A DNA stretch of 63,844 bases, filler included, from Basidiobolus ranarum (lineage: Eukaryota): assembly GCA_040143965.1 (NCBI GenBank). It is 35 parts of 35 records of this genome, joined end to end, with 100 filler letters (N's around TTAATTAATTAA, not from the genome) between each part and the next. Parts side by side here need not be neighbours in the genome. Positions count along the whole stretch, not along the records: positions 23,815 to 25,543 come from JASJQH010004460.1; positions 25,644 to 27,372 come from JASJQH010004461.1; positions 27,473 to 29,200 come from JASJQH010004462.1; positions 29,301 to 31,028 come from JASJQH010004463.1; positions 31,129 to 32,855 come from JASJQH010004464.1; positions 32,956 to 34,681 come from JASJQH010004465.1; positions 34,782 to 36,506 come from JASJQH010004466.1; 28 more parts are not named here. One strand, written 5' to 3'. This document shows, piece by piece, positions 25,117 to 36,606 of this stretch. The translations under genes were made by a program, and so were the position numbers. The notes below the pieces were generated by a model, which searched no databases, was not told where the DNA came from, and was given only the letters and a program-made list of their open reading frames with translations. The first letter of the stretch is position 1. Each line of letters starts with the position of its first letter.

Positions 25117-25543
25117 ATGAAATTCTTTACATCTAGATCTTTGTTTCTGTTGGCTTCTCTACAAGTGATAACTGCACTTCCACATTATGGAACGGGTGGT
25201 GGTAAATCTGGTGACTACTGTAACGGTTTAGTTGCCAGACTAAATGTCCTCGGTGCAAAGCTTAATGCCAACGTTTGTGTTGGGAAATCTCGAAACTCCG
25301 GTTACTCTTCAAGTGATGTCGAGAAATTAAACTGTAATGGTTTAGTACTGGCTGTGGAGGCATTGGGCATCAAAATTAAAGCAGGTCTTTGCTCTAAGGG
25401 AGGCAATGGCTCTGGAGGAACTCATAACGGAGGTTATAAAACCGGTGGCGGTGGTGGTGGCAATTATGATGATGATTACGACCAAGGGTATGGAAACAAC
25501 CATGGGGGATCCGGTGGCAATGGTGGTAGTGGGGGTTGTGGCA
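25117..25543 (+). CDS. Secreted Cys-bracketed hydrophobic-repeat, Gly-rich protein (paralog 2), 3' truncated
   Basis: Same architecture as paralog 1. TATAAAAG at 25038. Transcribed divergently from paralog 1. Confidence 0.87.
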
Positions 25544-25643
25544 NNNNNNNNNNNNNNNNNNNNNNNNNNNNNNNNNNNNNNNNNNNNTTAATTAATTAAN
25601 NNNNNNNNNNNNNNNNNNNNNNNNNNNNNNNNNNNNNNNNNNN

Positions 25644-26291
25644 GAGGCAATAACAAATCTTTCTAATTCCAAGGAACTTTGCCAGGAGTTTTATGGAGCC
25701 TACCCAGAAAAACCTGGCCCTATGCTGTCTAGAAGCCATCACTAATGAAGGGGATACTGTCATGAATCTGATCTTGGCATACTGATCCATTGCAAATAGA
25801 ACTCTTCTATTATTAGATTATGACATCAGTTCTGCTGTGCCATCCCTTCTTGACAATCTTGTACTAGTTCATCCAGATTACCTTATATGTAAGTCATGTT
25901 CTTTGGAACATTCCTTGAAGCTTAACCAATCATGTCATCCCACACTGAGTGTATTTCAGCCAAGACCTTCCATGGAAGGTCACCTGATCATACTTACATC
26001 TTCCCTCTTTGTATTGGTCCTTGTAGTCCCCAACACCCCAACTCTTGAACTTGCCACAGTATATTCCTTATCCAGTATATTATGTTTACCTTGCAATATC
26101 TCTATAAGCCACATGTATTCCTTGATCAGACTAAGGTCTGATCAATGCCAGTTATCAATACAGATTCTTGCCAAAGTATCTTCCCTGTCCAGTCTTGTCT
26201 TGTCTTATCTTGTGGTCTACACCCAAATACTCTCCTGCCTTCTAGCATCTTGTTGTTGTTTCCAGTCCTTGTCCAGTTCCTTATTGTGACA
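25644..26291 (+). mobile_element. Chromodomain Ty3/gypsy 3' end: chromodomain tail, PPT (GAAGGGGATAC) and 3' LTR (25758-26291, TGTCA...TGACA)
   Basis: The tail matches 41401-41460 (NLSNSKELCQEF..AYPEK). LTR copies at 52291-52824 and 43904-44053. Confidence 0.85.
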
Positions 26292-26571
26292 TCCATTGCC
26301 TGAAATATTTTTAAATCCCTTGATGACTGATCTGTGACACTGTCTCAGAATCAACTTATGGTATTGATGGGATATACCTAAAACACCAACCTTACATAGT
26401 AGGTGTTCTTTTTTCTACAACATCCTTCTCATACCATAACACAAATGTTTAAAGAAGCACTACTGTGATTGTCACAAATTGTTCAGCTATGACTGCAAGA
26501 TGCCTCATCAAAAAAATAATTGTAAGCACAGTCACTATATATAGCCATCAGCTGCACAAACCTGGTGAATC

Positions 26572-27372
26572 TCCGCTAACAAAAATAAAATTAAATTGAT
26601 ATGGATTGGATCCACCCTTCTGGATTGCAAAACCATCAAAGAACCATCACAATATGGGTGGCTTGCATTCTGCAAGTGATTTTGATAGTAAGAAGATGGC
26701 TTCTTGACAGTATTTTGACAGTATTTGTACATGCTAAAGTATAGATCCTCATATTTGGCATATGTTATTTAATTTCCAATACTTTTAACCAATAATTTAC
26801 TTTTGAGTGGCAAATTAATGGGTTTATTGCTGTAGGAATTTGGATTAATATGCATGCCTTTATTTTAATATTTTAGGCTTTGTATTCCAGCTATAATGAG
26901 AATTAAAAAATACACAAATCTTGTTGTGGTTAGTCTTGACATATGCAAATACATGACCGATCCAACATAACTCAACAACATTAACATACCACACTAGCAA
27001 ACTAATGTTGGAGAAGTTGCTCAATATTGGTAATTTTGAATAGCACTGACACCTGGCCAATGACTGACTCTTGTTGCCATACACAATGAGAATAAGCTCA
27101 CAGATTTTTGCACATTTTTGTAAAGAATTCAGCCAAAATATCCCCAACTTGCAGTCATCCAATATCCTGCCACAAGTAGCTGTGTCATTGCCTGCATAGA
27201 TTACCCCATGGCTAAATCAATAATACCACATATCTCAATCTATCTCACAAAGAAGTCTGCCTTGCAGCTCTCTTAGAAATATTGTCAGATTAGCAAACAA
27301 ACCAATTAGTCCCTATTATAGAGTTACTACTCTGAGTTCATGGATTGTGGTTTGATGCTGTTATTGTGCTCA
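26572..27372 (-). mobile_element. CACTA/CMC transposase C-terminus and right end
   Basis: Reverse complement of ~44490-45288. Confidence 0.8.
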
Positions 27373-27472
27373 NNNNNNNNNNNNNNNNNNNNNNNNNNNN
27401 NNNNNNNNNNNNNNNNTTAATTAATTAANNNNNNNNNNNNNNNNNNNNNNNNNNNNNNNNNNNNNNNNNNNN

Positions 27473-29167
27473 GCCGTGAAACATTCAGTAATTCAAAGAA
27501 ACCTAACTTGGACCACTACCGCCCGAATTCGCCTGTGATGAATCTGGATATAGCGGGCAGCTTTGGATTTGTCAGGTATGGTGAACTTTCTGATGGATAT
27601 GATATGGCACAAAGGTCGGAGAATGAATATGAGGACTTCTCTGAGGGCTTTGACGACAATTTGAATGAAGCCATGGAGTATGATGAAACAAATGATGCTG
27701 CAGATCGGGATGAATATAATGACGAAGACCAAGAGTATTTGGAGAGCCACATGTTTGAGACCTCATTTAGCGGCTTGAATAGAATGCGTGGTGTCAGTGG
27801 AGGTTAGTCATCAGCTCAACAGTGGGAGATTTAATAATTCAAAACTGAGCACTAACGCCCTTTTTATTGCAATAGTTTCTACCAGATTGAAATCAATCCT
27901 TCGCCATCTGAAATGCTACCAAGAACCCTCTGTCCAACTGGCTGCCTTACAAAAGCTTGCTGAAATATTCTCAATTGCTACAGAGGATACGCTGACAAAG
28001 TATTTTACCTGTGATCCCTTCATCAAAGAACTGGTGAACCTCATGAAGGGAGCTGAACTCAGAAATGAGGAAGAAAATTCCGAAATTATGCTTCTAGCCT
28101 GCCGTTGCCTATCCAACCTCATAGAAGCTTTGCCAAGTGCACTTAGCAATGTTGTATACAATGGCGCAGTTTCTACTCTTTGTTCTAAGCTTATGGAAAT
28201 TCAATACATCGATTTAGCGGAACAAGCACTTAGTGCTCTAGAGAGGATATCTGCTGAGTACCCTACATCAATCCTTCGAGAAGGGGGATTAGTAGCTGTG
28301 CTTTCGTATCTTGACTTTTTTTCGACTAATGTGCAGCGTACAGCGGTAACTACCGTTGCAAACTGCTCTCGAAATGTCCCCAAGGAGTATTTTGGAGCTA
28401 TCAAAGAGGTCATTCCCATCCTTAAACGTCTTCTCTCCTATTCAGATCAGAAAATAGTAGAGCAAGCTTGTTTAGCCTTGGTTCGTCTTGTTGAAAGTTT
28501 CAAATATAATACCAAATATTTGGAATCAATTGTTACAAAGGATCTAACTCAGAATATCCTTGACTTGATATCATCTCCGACTAGCAGTATAGTCAGTCCA
28601 TACATTTATACCAAACTTTTAACGCTTATACGCCATTCTGCTAAGGGATCATCCAATCTCACATCCGAGCTATTGCAAGATAATATTATTGAGGTTCTAT
28701 ACCAAGTGTTGACCGGGAGTGTATTTCGTAACAACGAGCCGAATCATCTCAAGAGTGACTCGGCGGCTCTTACCAAGCTCCTCAATCGGCCAAGTGATCA
28801 GGTTTGTGAGGCTCTTGGTATAGCGATTGAGTTATTACCACATCTACCAAAAGAAGAGATAATTACGACACACCGTAAGGACTCTAATGGCAAAAAAAAG
28901 GTTCTAAAGTCTAACTATAATTCACGTATGAGGCTTTTGGAGAAATATCCGGATACAATGACGAAATTTTCGGAGATTTTACTGCCCACCCTGATTGAAG
29001 TATTTTCTTCTAACGTAGTCATTGCAGTTCGTCTACGTGTAATTACCACTCTACTCAAGATAATTTATTACGCCAAAGAGGAAGTCTTAGTAAGAGTTCT
29101 AAAAGACGTGCCCTTTGCTGGTTTTATCGCAGCCATTCCTTTCGCTTCGTGCATTCGACTTGATTAA
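27473..29167 (+). CDS. UFD4/TRIP12-like HECT E3 ligase, N-terminal ARM-repeat region; intron 27803-27875; ends prematurely
   Basis: EIMLLACRCLSNLIEALP, LCSKLMEIQYIDLAEQALSALERIS and LSYLDFFSTNVQRTAV motifs. Intron reads GTTAGT..ACTAAC..AATAG. Confidence 0.88.
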
Positions 29168-29300
29168 CGAACTCCAGAAGAGTGAAATCGAAGCTGCTAC
29201 NNNNNNNNNNNNNNNNNNNNNNNNNNNNNNNNNNNNNNNNNNNNTTAATTAATTAANNNNNNNNNNNNNNNNNNNNNNNNNNNNNNNNNNNNNNNNNNNN

Positions 29301-29564
29301 AACACCACAGAAGCACCAGCTGATGATACCGATACCGCCTCAGAAGCACCAGCTGACGATACCGCCAGTGCTGACTCTGAGGCACCAGCCAGTGAAACTA
29401 GTGATGCCGGTAGCCCTCAAATCACCCCCGGAATTGAGAATGACGTTCCCAAGCAGGCCGCACAAGCCAAGTCAAACACTAGTGGCGCTGGAAGTACCCT
29501 TTACAATGTCAGCCCAGTTCATGCTTTAGCTCTCGTCGTTCCCATGGTTTACATGCTACTCTAA
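29301..29564 (+). CDS. C-terminus of an acidic Ser/Thr/Ala-rich protein with a GPI-anchor-like signal
   Basis: NTTEAPADDTDTASEAPADD...SNTSGAGSTLYNVSPVHALALVVPMVYMLL*: small-residue omega region, then a hydrophobic tail. Absent from the ORF track. Confidence 0.8.
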   Translation, partial: NTTEAPADDTDTASEAPADDTASADSEAPASETSDAGSPQITPGIENDVPKQAAQAKSNTSGAGSTLYNVSPVHALALVVPMVYMLL

Positions 29565-30357
29565 ATGGAGCAATGAGCTTTTTATATTGAATATTATTAT
29601 ATAGTTGAAACTCTCAATACTAGTACTCTTGCTTTACTTGTAGCTCTTATTCACCGATACCCAACTCGTATTTTATGACCTTTTTAAATAAACACAATAA
29701 CTATAAAGTGGCTCATTAGTGTGACTATTTTAAATCAACCATGAAAACTCTAAGCAAGCAAAATATCTATTTCGCTTCATAGCTGTAAAAATAAACCAGT
29801 TAAATGGCAAATGATGGAACGTAAGTATACCTGCGTACCCAATCATCTTCTTTTTTTCATTCTATGGAGGAGGCAAGCAGATGAAAATCTAACCAACATA
29901 TCCAAAAATGGCTAGTGTTAAGTGCGGGGTATTGCGCATGTATTACGTGAGCTAAAAAAGACTAGTTACCATATATGTATCTGACAACAAACATTTGGGT
30001 GGTTGATCTATGAGCTATTTTCAAATATCAATAATTTTGACGTGGCCAATGAGACAGACATCACCCACATAACCCACATCTCCTATTCTGATGAAATGAA
30101 TTGTTAAGAATAATTCTTGATTTTTCTTAGATTTGTATTTTTACTTTTCAATGTCCAATAGACTGCGTTCTATGCAGAAACTATTCTACATATAGATCTT
30201 ATGCCCTTAGAGACACCGAAATTAATCTTTCGACGGTAAAGAGGGATGTGCTGTTAGGGAATTTAATATATAATCAATTTAGAGAGTTCGCAGCTGCAAG
30301 TATATAAATCCCCAGAGTATACCTTCCCTCTAACATATCCAATTCTATTAATCAATC

Positions 30358-31028
30358 ATGGTTTATAACAAAAACGCTACACTTACCATCCTTGGTTGCT
30401 TTATGGTGGCAACTGCTATGGTGAACAATGTAGAGGCTGGGCCTATGGTTGCACGCGGTGAAGATAACGCTGTAGTGGCTTTCAACCACAAGAGTCATTC
30501 AATGATGGATGACTGCACAACTCCAGTAACTACTGAAGATTGTGAGACTACTACCACCGAGGAAGATTGTGAAACACCTACCACTGAAGACTGTGAAACA
30601 CCAACAACTGACGATTGCGAAACACCAACAACTGACGATTGCGAAACGCCTACAACTGACGATTGCGAAACGCCTACAACTGACGATTGCGAAACACCTA
30701 CCACTGATGATTGTGAGACGATCACTACCGAGGACTGTGAAACTTTCACTACAGAAGACTGCGAAACACCAACAACTGAAGACTGCGAAACACCTACCAC
30801 TGAAGACTGTGAGACACCTACTACTGATGATTGTGAAACTCCTACTGATGATGACTGCGAGACTCCTACCGACGATTGTGAATCTGAAGACCACAAAGAT
30901 GATGAAGATGATGGCGAATCTACTGCTGATGATAAGCCTGACGAATCTTCCGATAACGGCAATGAAGAGCCAACCGATGATACCACCTCTGAAGACCCAG
31001 CTGATGCTACTGCTTCAGAGGATCCCAA
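30358..31028 (+). CDS. Secreted acidic Cys/Thr repeat protein, (TTxDCETP)n, 3' truncated
   Basis: Signal-like N-terminus, TATATAAA at 30301, 16 DC units, then an acidic SEDPADAT linker. Confidence 0.88.
30505..30882 (+). repeat. 24-bp coding minisatellite, about 16 units
   Basis: Repeated ACTGA(A/C/T)GA(C/T)TG(C/T)GA(A/G)AC unit with mostly synonymous variation. Confidence 0.95.
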
Positions 31029-31128
31029 NNNNNNNNNNNNNNNNNNNNNNNNNNNNNNNNNNNNNNNNNNNNTTAATTAATTAANNNNNNNNNNNNNNNN
31101 NNNNNNNNNNNNNNNNNNNNNNNNNNNN

Positions 31129-32855
31129 GACATATATACCACTGATTTCCTGTCTTAAAGCTTTGATGAAGTCACCCCAATATAGACTGTTGATTCAATA
31201 ACAAAATACTCACCATAAAGCTGATGGTATTATCAATATACTTGATGGATATCACTACCAGAATCTGAAATGTCAAGGTTTCCTTGAGAACACATATGAT
31301 CTTGCATTTGCATTGGCTCTGGATGGTTTCTCACAAACCAATACACTGTTGGAAAGGCTTACTAGCCAATAATTTTAATCAACTTAAATCTTCCTCCTTC
31401 TGAATGGTATAGGAGCCGTAATATTGTGATACTATCCATTTTATCAGGACCTAAATCACCAGTGCTTATACACAGCTTCTTGGAGCCTTTGATTGCGGAA
31501 TTTGAATGGTTATCTAGTGGGGTTCAGATGAGTTGATTTCTTATTAAAGCTAATGTCATTGTATGCATTGATGACACTTCTGCCATCAGTAAACTTGGAG
31601 GTTTTCACAGGCACAATGCACTATCTTGCTCTAGATTTTGTCATGTCAATGGAATTTACTCTATCAGGCATATGCATAACTACTATCCAAATACAACACT
31701 AAACTTCATGATTTTACCATCAAGAGCCCAGTCAGATTTCAACATAATCACTGATATCAATTCATCAAATTGTTTGTCTAACATCAAACCTGGTATTGGC
31801 TGTAAGACTGCAATTATATTGCCAAAGGGGATCAGTTGGAGCCAGAGCTTCCAATCAGGCAATTTGCACTTACTATTCAACAACATTTCAATACTACTTA
31901 CTCTGCAATATAGTGGAAAATTCAATATAAATGAGCCATTGAGAGAGGATTAAAGTTTGAATCAATTGGGAAAATGCTTGAAAACATTAAGATACCATCA
32001 TATTTTACCAGGACTCCCATCAATATCCACTCATCTAGCCATTTATTCAAGTGCAAAGACTGGAAGTATTGGATTTATATATATGCAAGTGGAATTTTGA
32101 AAAGATTTCCACCTGATAAGTATTGTCAACATTGGGAGTTGTTTGTTGATATTGTTAATATATTCTTACAGCATCAACTCACATTGGCAGATCTCAGGCA
32201 GATACAGTAACTGTGCAAAGATTTTGTAATTGGATATGAAAAACTTTATTACAGGTGTAAAGAAAATAGACTGAATCAATGACAGTATTGAATACATTCC
32301 CTGCTGCATCTTTCACAATGCTTAGAGACTATAGGCCCTTACTGTACATTCTTGGAGTTCCCAATGGAGTGCACCTGTGGTGAAATGATGCTCCATGTGA
32401 ATTTGTCAGTATTATCATATGCTAATCTGACTAACAATGTGTCAGCAAAAATCAGTGATGGATGTAATGCAATGGGTTAGTGAGACTCCAGAGTATATTA
32501 GCCTTCTAACAAAGGGCTCTTCTCAATGAGCTGATGGGTTTTTGCATTGTTTGAGCAAAATAACAGCAACAAAGCCCAATCCATGGACACAGAGTAAGTA
32601 TCTACATAATTGGGACTAAGTTTGTTTGATTGTGTGATAATCTGATGGTATTTTTAGAAAAGCTGCAAGACAGACTTCTTGGTGAGATACATTGAGACAC
32701 ACAGTATTATTGTTTTAGCCATAGGTTAATTTATTCAAGAAATAACACATCTACTTGTGGCAGGACATTTGTTGACTGCAAGTTGGGAATATATTGGCTG
32801 AATTCTTTATGGAAATTTGCCAAAATCCAAGAGCTTATTCTCATTGTGAACAGTA
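31129..32855 (+). mobile_element. CACTA/CMC transposase, decayed core to C-terminus
   Basis: NLNLPPSE, SGPKSP..SFLEPL, FKCKDWKYW, HSLLHL and EFPMECTCG motifs. Many stops. Confidence 0.9.
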
Positions 32856-32955
32856 NNNNNNNNNNNNNNNNNNNNNNNNNNNNNNNNNNNNNNNNNNNNT
32901 TAATTAATTAANNNNNNNNNNNNNNNNNNNNNNNNNNNNNNNNNNNNNNNNNNNN

Positions 32956-33127
32956 TGGAAGCATCCGAGAGGGCAAGCTTACGACCAATACCGTTAGCGG
33001 CTCCAGTAATGAGAATAGCTTTATATGTACCAGAGTTTGCCTCACCATTGAGCATAATGGACTTTTTCTGGAATACGTGGCTCACTAAGCTAAAACCGAA
33101 GTAAAACAAACTTACAGGCAGGACCAA
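32956..33127 (-). pseudogene. Truncated tandem paralog of the adjacent SDR
   Basis: VLPVSLFYFGFSLVSH..GTYKAILITGAANGIGRKLAL matches ~34250-34425 but lacks the ATG and N-terminus. Confidence 0.75.
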
Positions 33128-33519
33128 AGTGATTAGACTAACGCTTCAAATGTATGTGAATCTGTCACATCGAGTGTTTTAGCTTATTCCATCCTAATGT
33201 TCGCTATAACACTATAAACTTTATATTCGTAGTCTACACACACTTCAGGATTGCCCAATTTTCCATATTCAGGTAGTATCGAAATGTAACTCTATCTGAC
33301 ATCAATCGGAACCGGTATTCGAAATATTCCGACGATTACATTAACTATCGTACTATACACTGATATTCTTCAGCCAGCAGCTTGTGGTCGAAATCCATAA
33401 ATCTCATGGTAATGATGGCTTTGAATACCCGTTACTCCAGTCTTTCTACTCCAGCATGTATACAGCATCAATAGCTCGTTACTTACAACATAGTCAAATT
33501 TATTTAATGGAAAGTTACA

Positions 33520-34494
33520 TCAACTCTCGGGTAAAAATCTCTGTATGCGGTTCATAATAAATGGTGGTGTGCAATGGAGCAACCAACAAAGGGCATGAAC
33601 TGCGAACGGGAAGGCAATCGTTTCGTCTTTGCGAGCAATTCCTTCCACAATAGATTTGGCTGCTTGAGTAGTGGTCATCAGCAAAGGAAGCTTCCTACCC
33701 TTCCTAAGCTGAAAAGTGCTTTGGGTTAAAGTAGTGTCAATAAACCCTGGACACACACAAGTCGTATAGATATTTTCCTTTTTGAGTTGAGATCCCAAGT
33801 CACGAACAAAGCGGAATATCGCCGCTTTAGAAGCACTGTAGCTTGCCAACACTGGTGGACCATAGAGAGCGGAGAGAGAGCTTGTCACCACCACGTGTCC
33901 ACTCTTACGAGTTTTGAACAGGGATATAGCAGGCGCAATGGTATTTATTACTCCTGTATAGTTCACCTCCATAGTCTTTCTCACGTCATCAGCCCACTCT
34001 GAGTAATCTGTCAACTTAGCTGTACCATCACGAGGTGTTATATAGACACCAGCATTGGCAATCACAAGATCCAATCCATGTTTGTCAAAGTCTTTGACAA
34101 GCTGGCTCATCTCTTCAGAATTAGTGACATCAGCGGTGTAAGTCTCCACCTGTACTTTAGGAAAAAGTTCACTTATCTCTTGAGCAGTCTTCTCGAGCAC
34201 TTTCCCACTAACGTCAACAAGCCCTAAACAAGTAGTAGTATCCAGTGAAGCATACGAGAGGGCAAGCTCACGACCAATACCGTTAGCGGCTCCAGTAATG
34301 AGAATAGATTTATATGTACCAGCGTTTGCCTCCCCATTAAGCAAAATGGGTTTTTTCTGGAATAGGTGGCTCCTTAGGTGGCTTACTAACCCAAAGCCGA
34401 AGTAAACTAAGCTTGCGGGTAGGACGAAAAGTGCTAGCCATATTATGGCCAGCAGTGTTATCAAAGGGGTGAGTAAAATACTATCGTCAACCAT
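33520..34494 (-). CDS. Short-chain dehydrogenase/reductase with N-terminal membrane anchor, intronless, 324 aa
   Basis: TGAANGIG, DLVIANAG, catalytic S...YSASK and CPGFIDT motifs. Confidence 0.95.
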   Translation of the reverse strand: MVDDSILLTPLITLLAIIWLALFVLPASLVYFGFGLVSHLRSHLFQKKPILLNGEANAGTYKSILITGAANGIGRELALSYASLDTTTCLGLVDVSGKVLEKTAQEISELFPKVQVETYTADVTNSEEMSQLVKDFDKHGLDLVIANAGVYITPRDGTAKLTDYSEWADDVRKTMEVNYTGVINTIAPAISLFKTRKSGHVVVTSSLSALYGPPVLASYSASKAAIFRFVRDLGSQLKKENIYTTCVCPGFIDTTLTQSTFQLRKGRKLPLLMTTTQAAKSIVEGIARKDETIAFPFAVHALCWLLHCTPPFIMNRIQRFLPES

Positions 34495-34781
34495 AGTAAG
34501 AGAAAAGAAGCGTGGTAGCTTTTCTTCGGTTTAACGAATGAATTTTAGCTACATTTAAAGATTGAATGGTAGTGAAACCTTACCAATATTTTGTAATCTT
34601 AGCGATACACTCAAAACCCCTATCGGTCAGTTCAGGTAAAGTGACGCGAAGCTTAAATCAAGACGCCTCTCGAGATACAAGNNNNNNNNNNNNNNNNNNN
34701 NNNNNNNNNNNNNNNNNNNNNNNNNTTAATTAATTAANNNNNNNNNNNNNNNNNNNNNNNNNNNNNNNNNNNNNNNNNNNN

Positions 34782-35235
34782 AAAAAGCTTAATTTCATCA
34801 TGAAACTGGGTACACCAGTTGGAAGAGTGCTAAATTTGGAAGTTTATCCAACACCTGGCACCTCTCAACAAGCCAAAATACCAGCAAATAAAACTCACGG
34901 CTCTCCAACCTCAATTGGTACTTTTCAAAGTGTTGAAATTAGCCCATATGGCTGGATGAGTTTGGATGCATTAACATTAATACAATGGTGGGCTTTGATG
35001 GAGATATTGATATAAACTTATGTAGTATATGAGCTGAATCTAGGTTATGAAGAACTCTAGAAAATATTCAGCCATACATATCAAAGAAACTAGGAATTTA
35101 AAGATGACAAATTAGCATTCAAGTGGTAATTGTGTAAAATTTGAGTTATGTTTTTTGCACATGTGTTGATCCTGAGTTCTCTGAGATTGTAGCCAATGAT
35201 GTGCAACTATTCTGCAAGATCTTGAAATTTCACTT
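34782..35235 (-). mobile_element. CACTA/CMC left subterminal region
   Basis: Matches ~1835-2050 and is inverted relative to ~35620-35905. Confidence 0.7.
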
Positions 35236-35249
35236 CGATGAAATCAATC

Positions 35250-35490
35250 TCCACTTCATTACAACTTCCTTGCCTTCCTTGCCAAACTGAAGCTACATTT
35301 AGAAATGCAGATAAGGAAAGGACTTAGCTACTAAGCTCTGTGAACTTAAACATGAGTTAAAGCCTGCATCAACATATGCTGCAGAATTTCACCTTCTTGC
35401 CTGTGATCTCCTTTGGGGAGAGTCAGCCCTGAACAACCAGTTTCAATATGGAAGTTGAGAAAATATTAAGGATCTTTTACTCACTATACC
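35250..35490 (+). mobile_element. Ty3/gypsy gag fragment
   Basis: ASTYAAEFHLLACDLLWGESALNNQFQYG..ENIKDLL resembles the Retrotrans_gag capsid motif. Confidence 0.7.
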
Positions 35491-35494
35491 CAAA

Positions 35495-35905
35495 CACAAA
35501 TTTGAGGATTGTTATCATAGGATAATTGTCACAATTTTAATCCATTTGGGATTGATTGTTTACTTACCATCATATATCATCAAATTAGATTTGATTTTAA
35601 TCAATTTTTTCAGTTTCAGGAGTGAAACTTCAAGATCTTGCAAAATAGTTGCACATGTTTGGCTACAATTTCAGGGAACTATGGATCCATGCATTTGCAA
35701 AAATTGTTACTCAAATTTTACACATTTACTACTTAAATGCTGATTTGTCACCTTCAAATTCCTAGTTTCTTTGATATGTTTGGCTGAATATTTTTATAGA
35801 GTTTTCATACCCTAGATTTAGCTCATATTCAACATAAGTTTGTATCAATATCTCCATCAAAGCCCACTATTGTATTAATGTTGATGGATCCAAACTCATC
35901 CAGCT
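35495..35905 (+). mobile_element. CACTA/CMC left end (TIR eroded)
   Basis: Matches ~41656-41980. Confidence 0.75.
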
Positions 35906-36069
35906 ATCTGGCAGATACCCTGCAATATTGAGCAACTCTGTATTGAGTTCTTTGCAGATATCTGCATAGTCAACACCAGACCAAATGTCAAGTTGAATGT
36001 TCTTCTTCTTGCTGAAGTTTATTGTCCTTAACATGTTTGTTCTCTCTTTCTTTAAACACCAGACTATTC

Positions 36070-36506
36070 CATGTATTACATATAAGATAGTTAAGATTAC
36101 TTAATCAAATATCACTTAACTGCAAATCAGAACATATGTTATATATATATATATGTTAATATTATGAGTATTGGCAATTCTATATTGGAAGATTCATACT
36201 TGTTCAAATTGACACCAAGATAGCTCATTTTACTCCCACAGATGTTCAGAACACAACCCCAGTGTTAGTTTACTGTACCTTTATCAAAATATATTAGTGC
36301 TTCATTTCTGGACAATAAAAATTTATCTCACAAAGCTATTCAAAACTCCACTTTTTTAAGGTTCCATCAAACAGCCTATATTTTCCCAATAGGTTATGAG
36401 CCCATGTTATAACCTTTATAGCATGACAGAAAACACTACTACCACTTTCATTAACTCAAGTGTTGAAAAGCTTGATGGAGAAAATCACAATTTCTGGAAG
36501 TTCAAG
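36070..36506 (+). mobile_element. Copia family D LTR, PBS (36392-36403) and gag start
   Basis: Matches ~19570-20005. Confidence 0.85.
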
Positions 36507-36606
36507 NNNNNNNNNNNNNNNNNNNNNNNNNNNNNNNNNNNNNNNNNNNNTTAATTAATTAANNNNNNNNNNNNNNNNNNNNNNNNNNNNNNNNNNNNNN
36601 NNNNNN

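Noticed and set aside
27973-27996. ACG reassigned to Met, suggested by the Met-like tRNA(CGT)
   Set aside because: In the UFD4-like gene ACG encodes the second T of ATEDTL, a position I recall as small and polar in homologs. No ACG was seen at a conserved Met position.
30495-31084. Antisense and shifted-frame ORFs over the repeat gene (also 21398-21940, 45727-45933, 46800-47210, 47252-47497)
   Set aside because: Shadows of low-complexity or codon-biased real genes.
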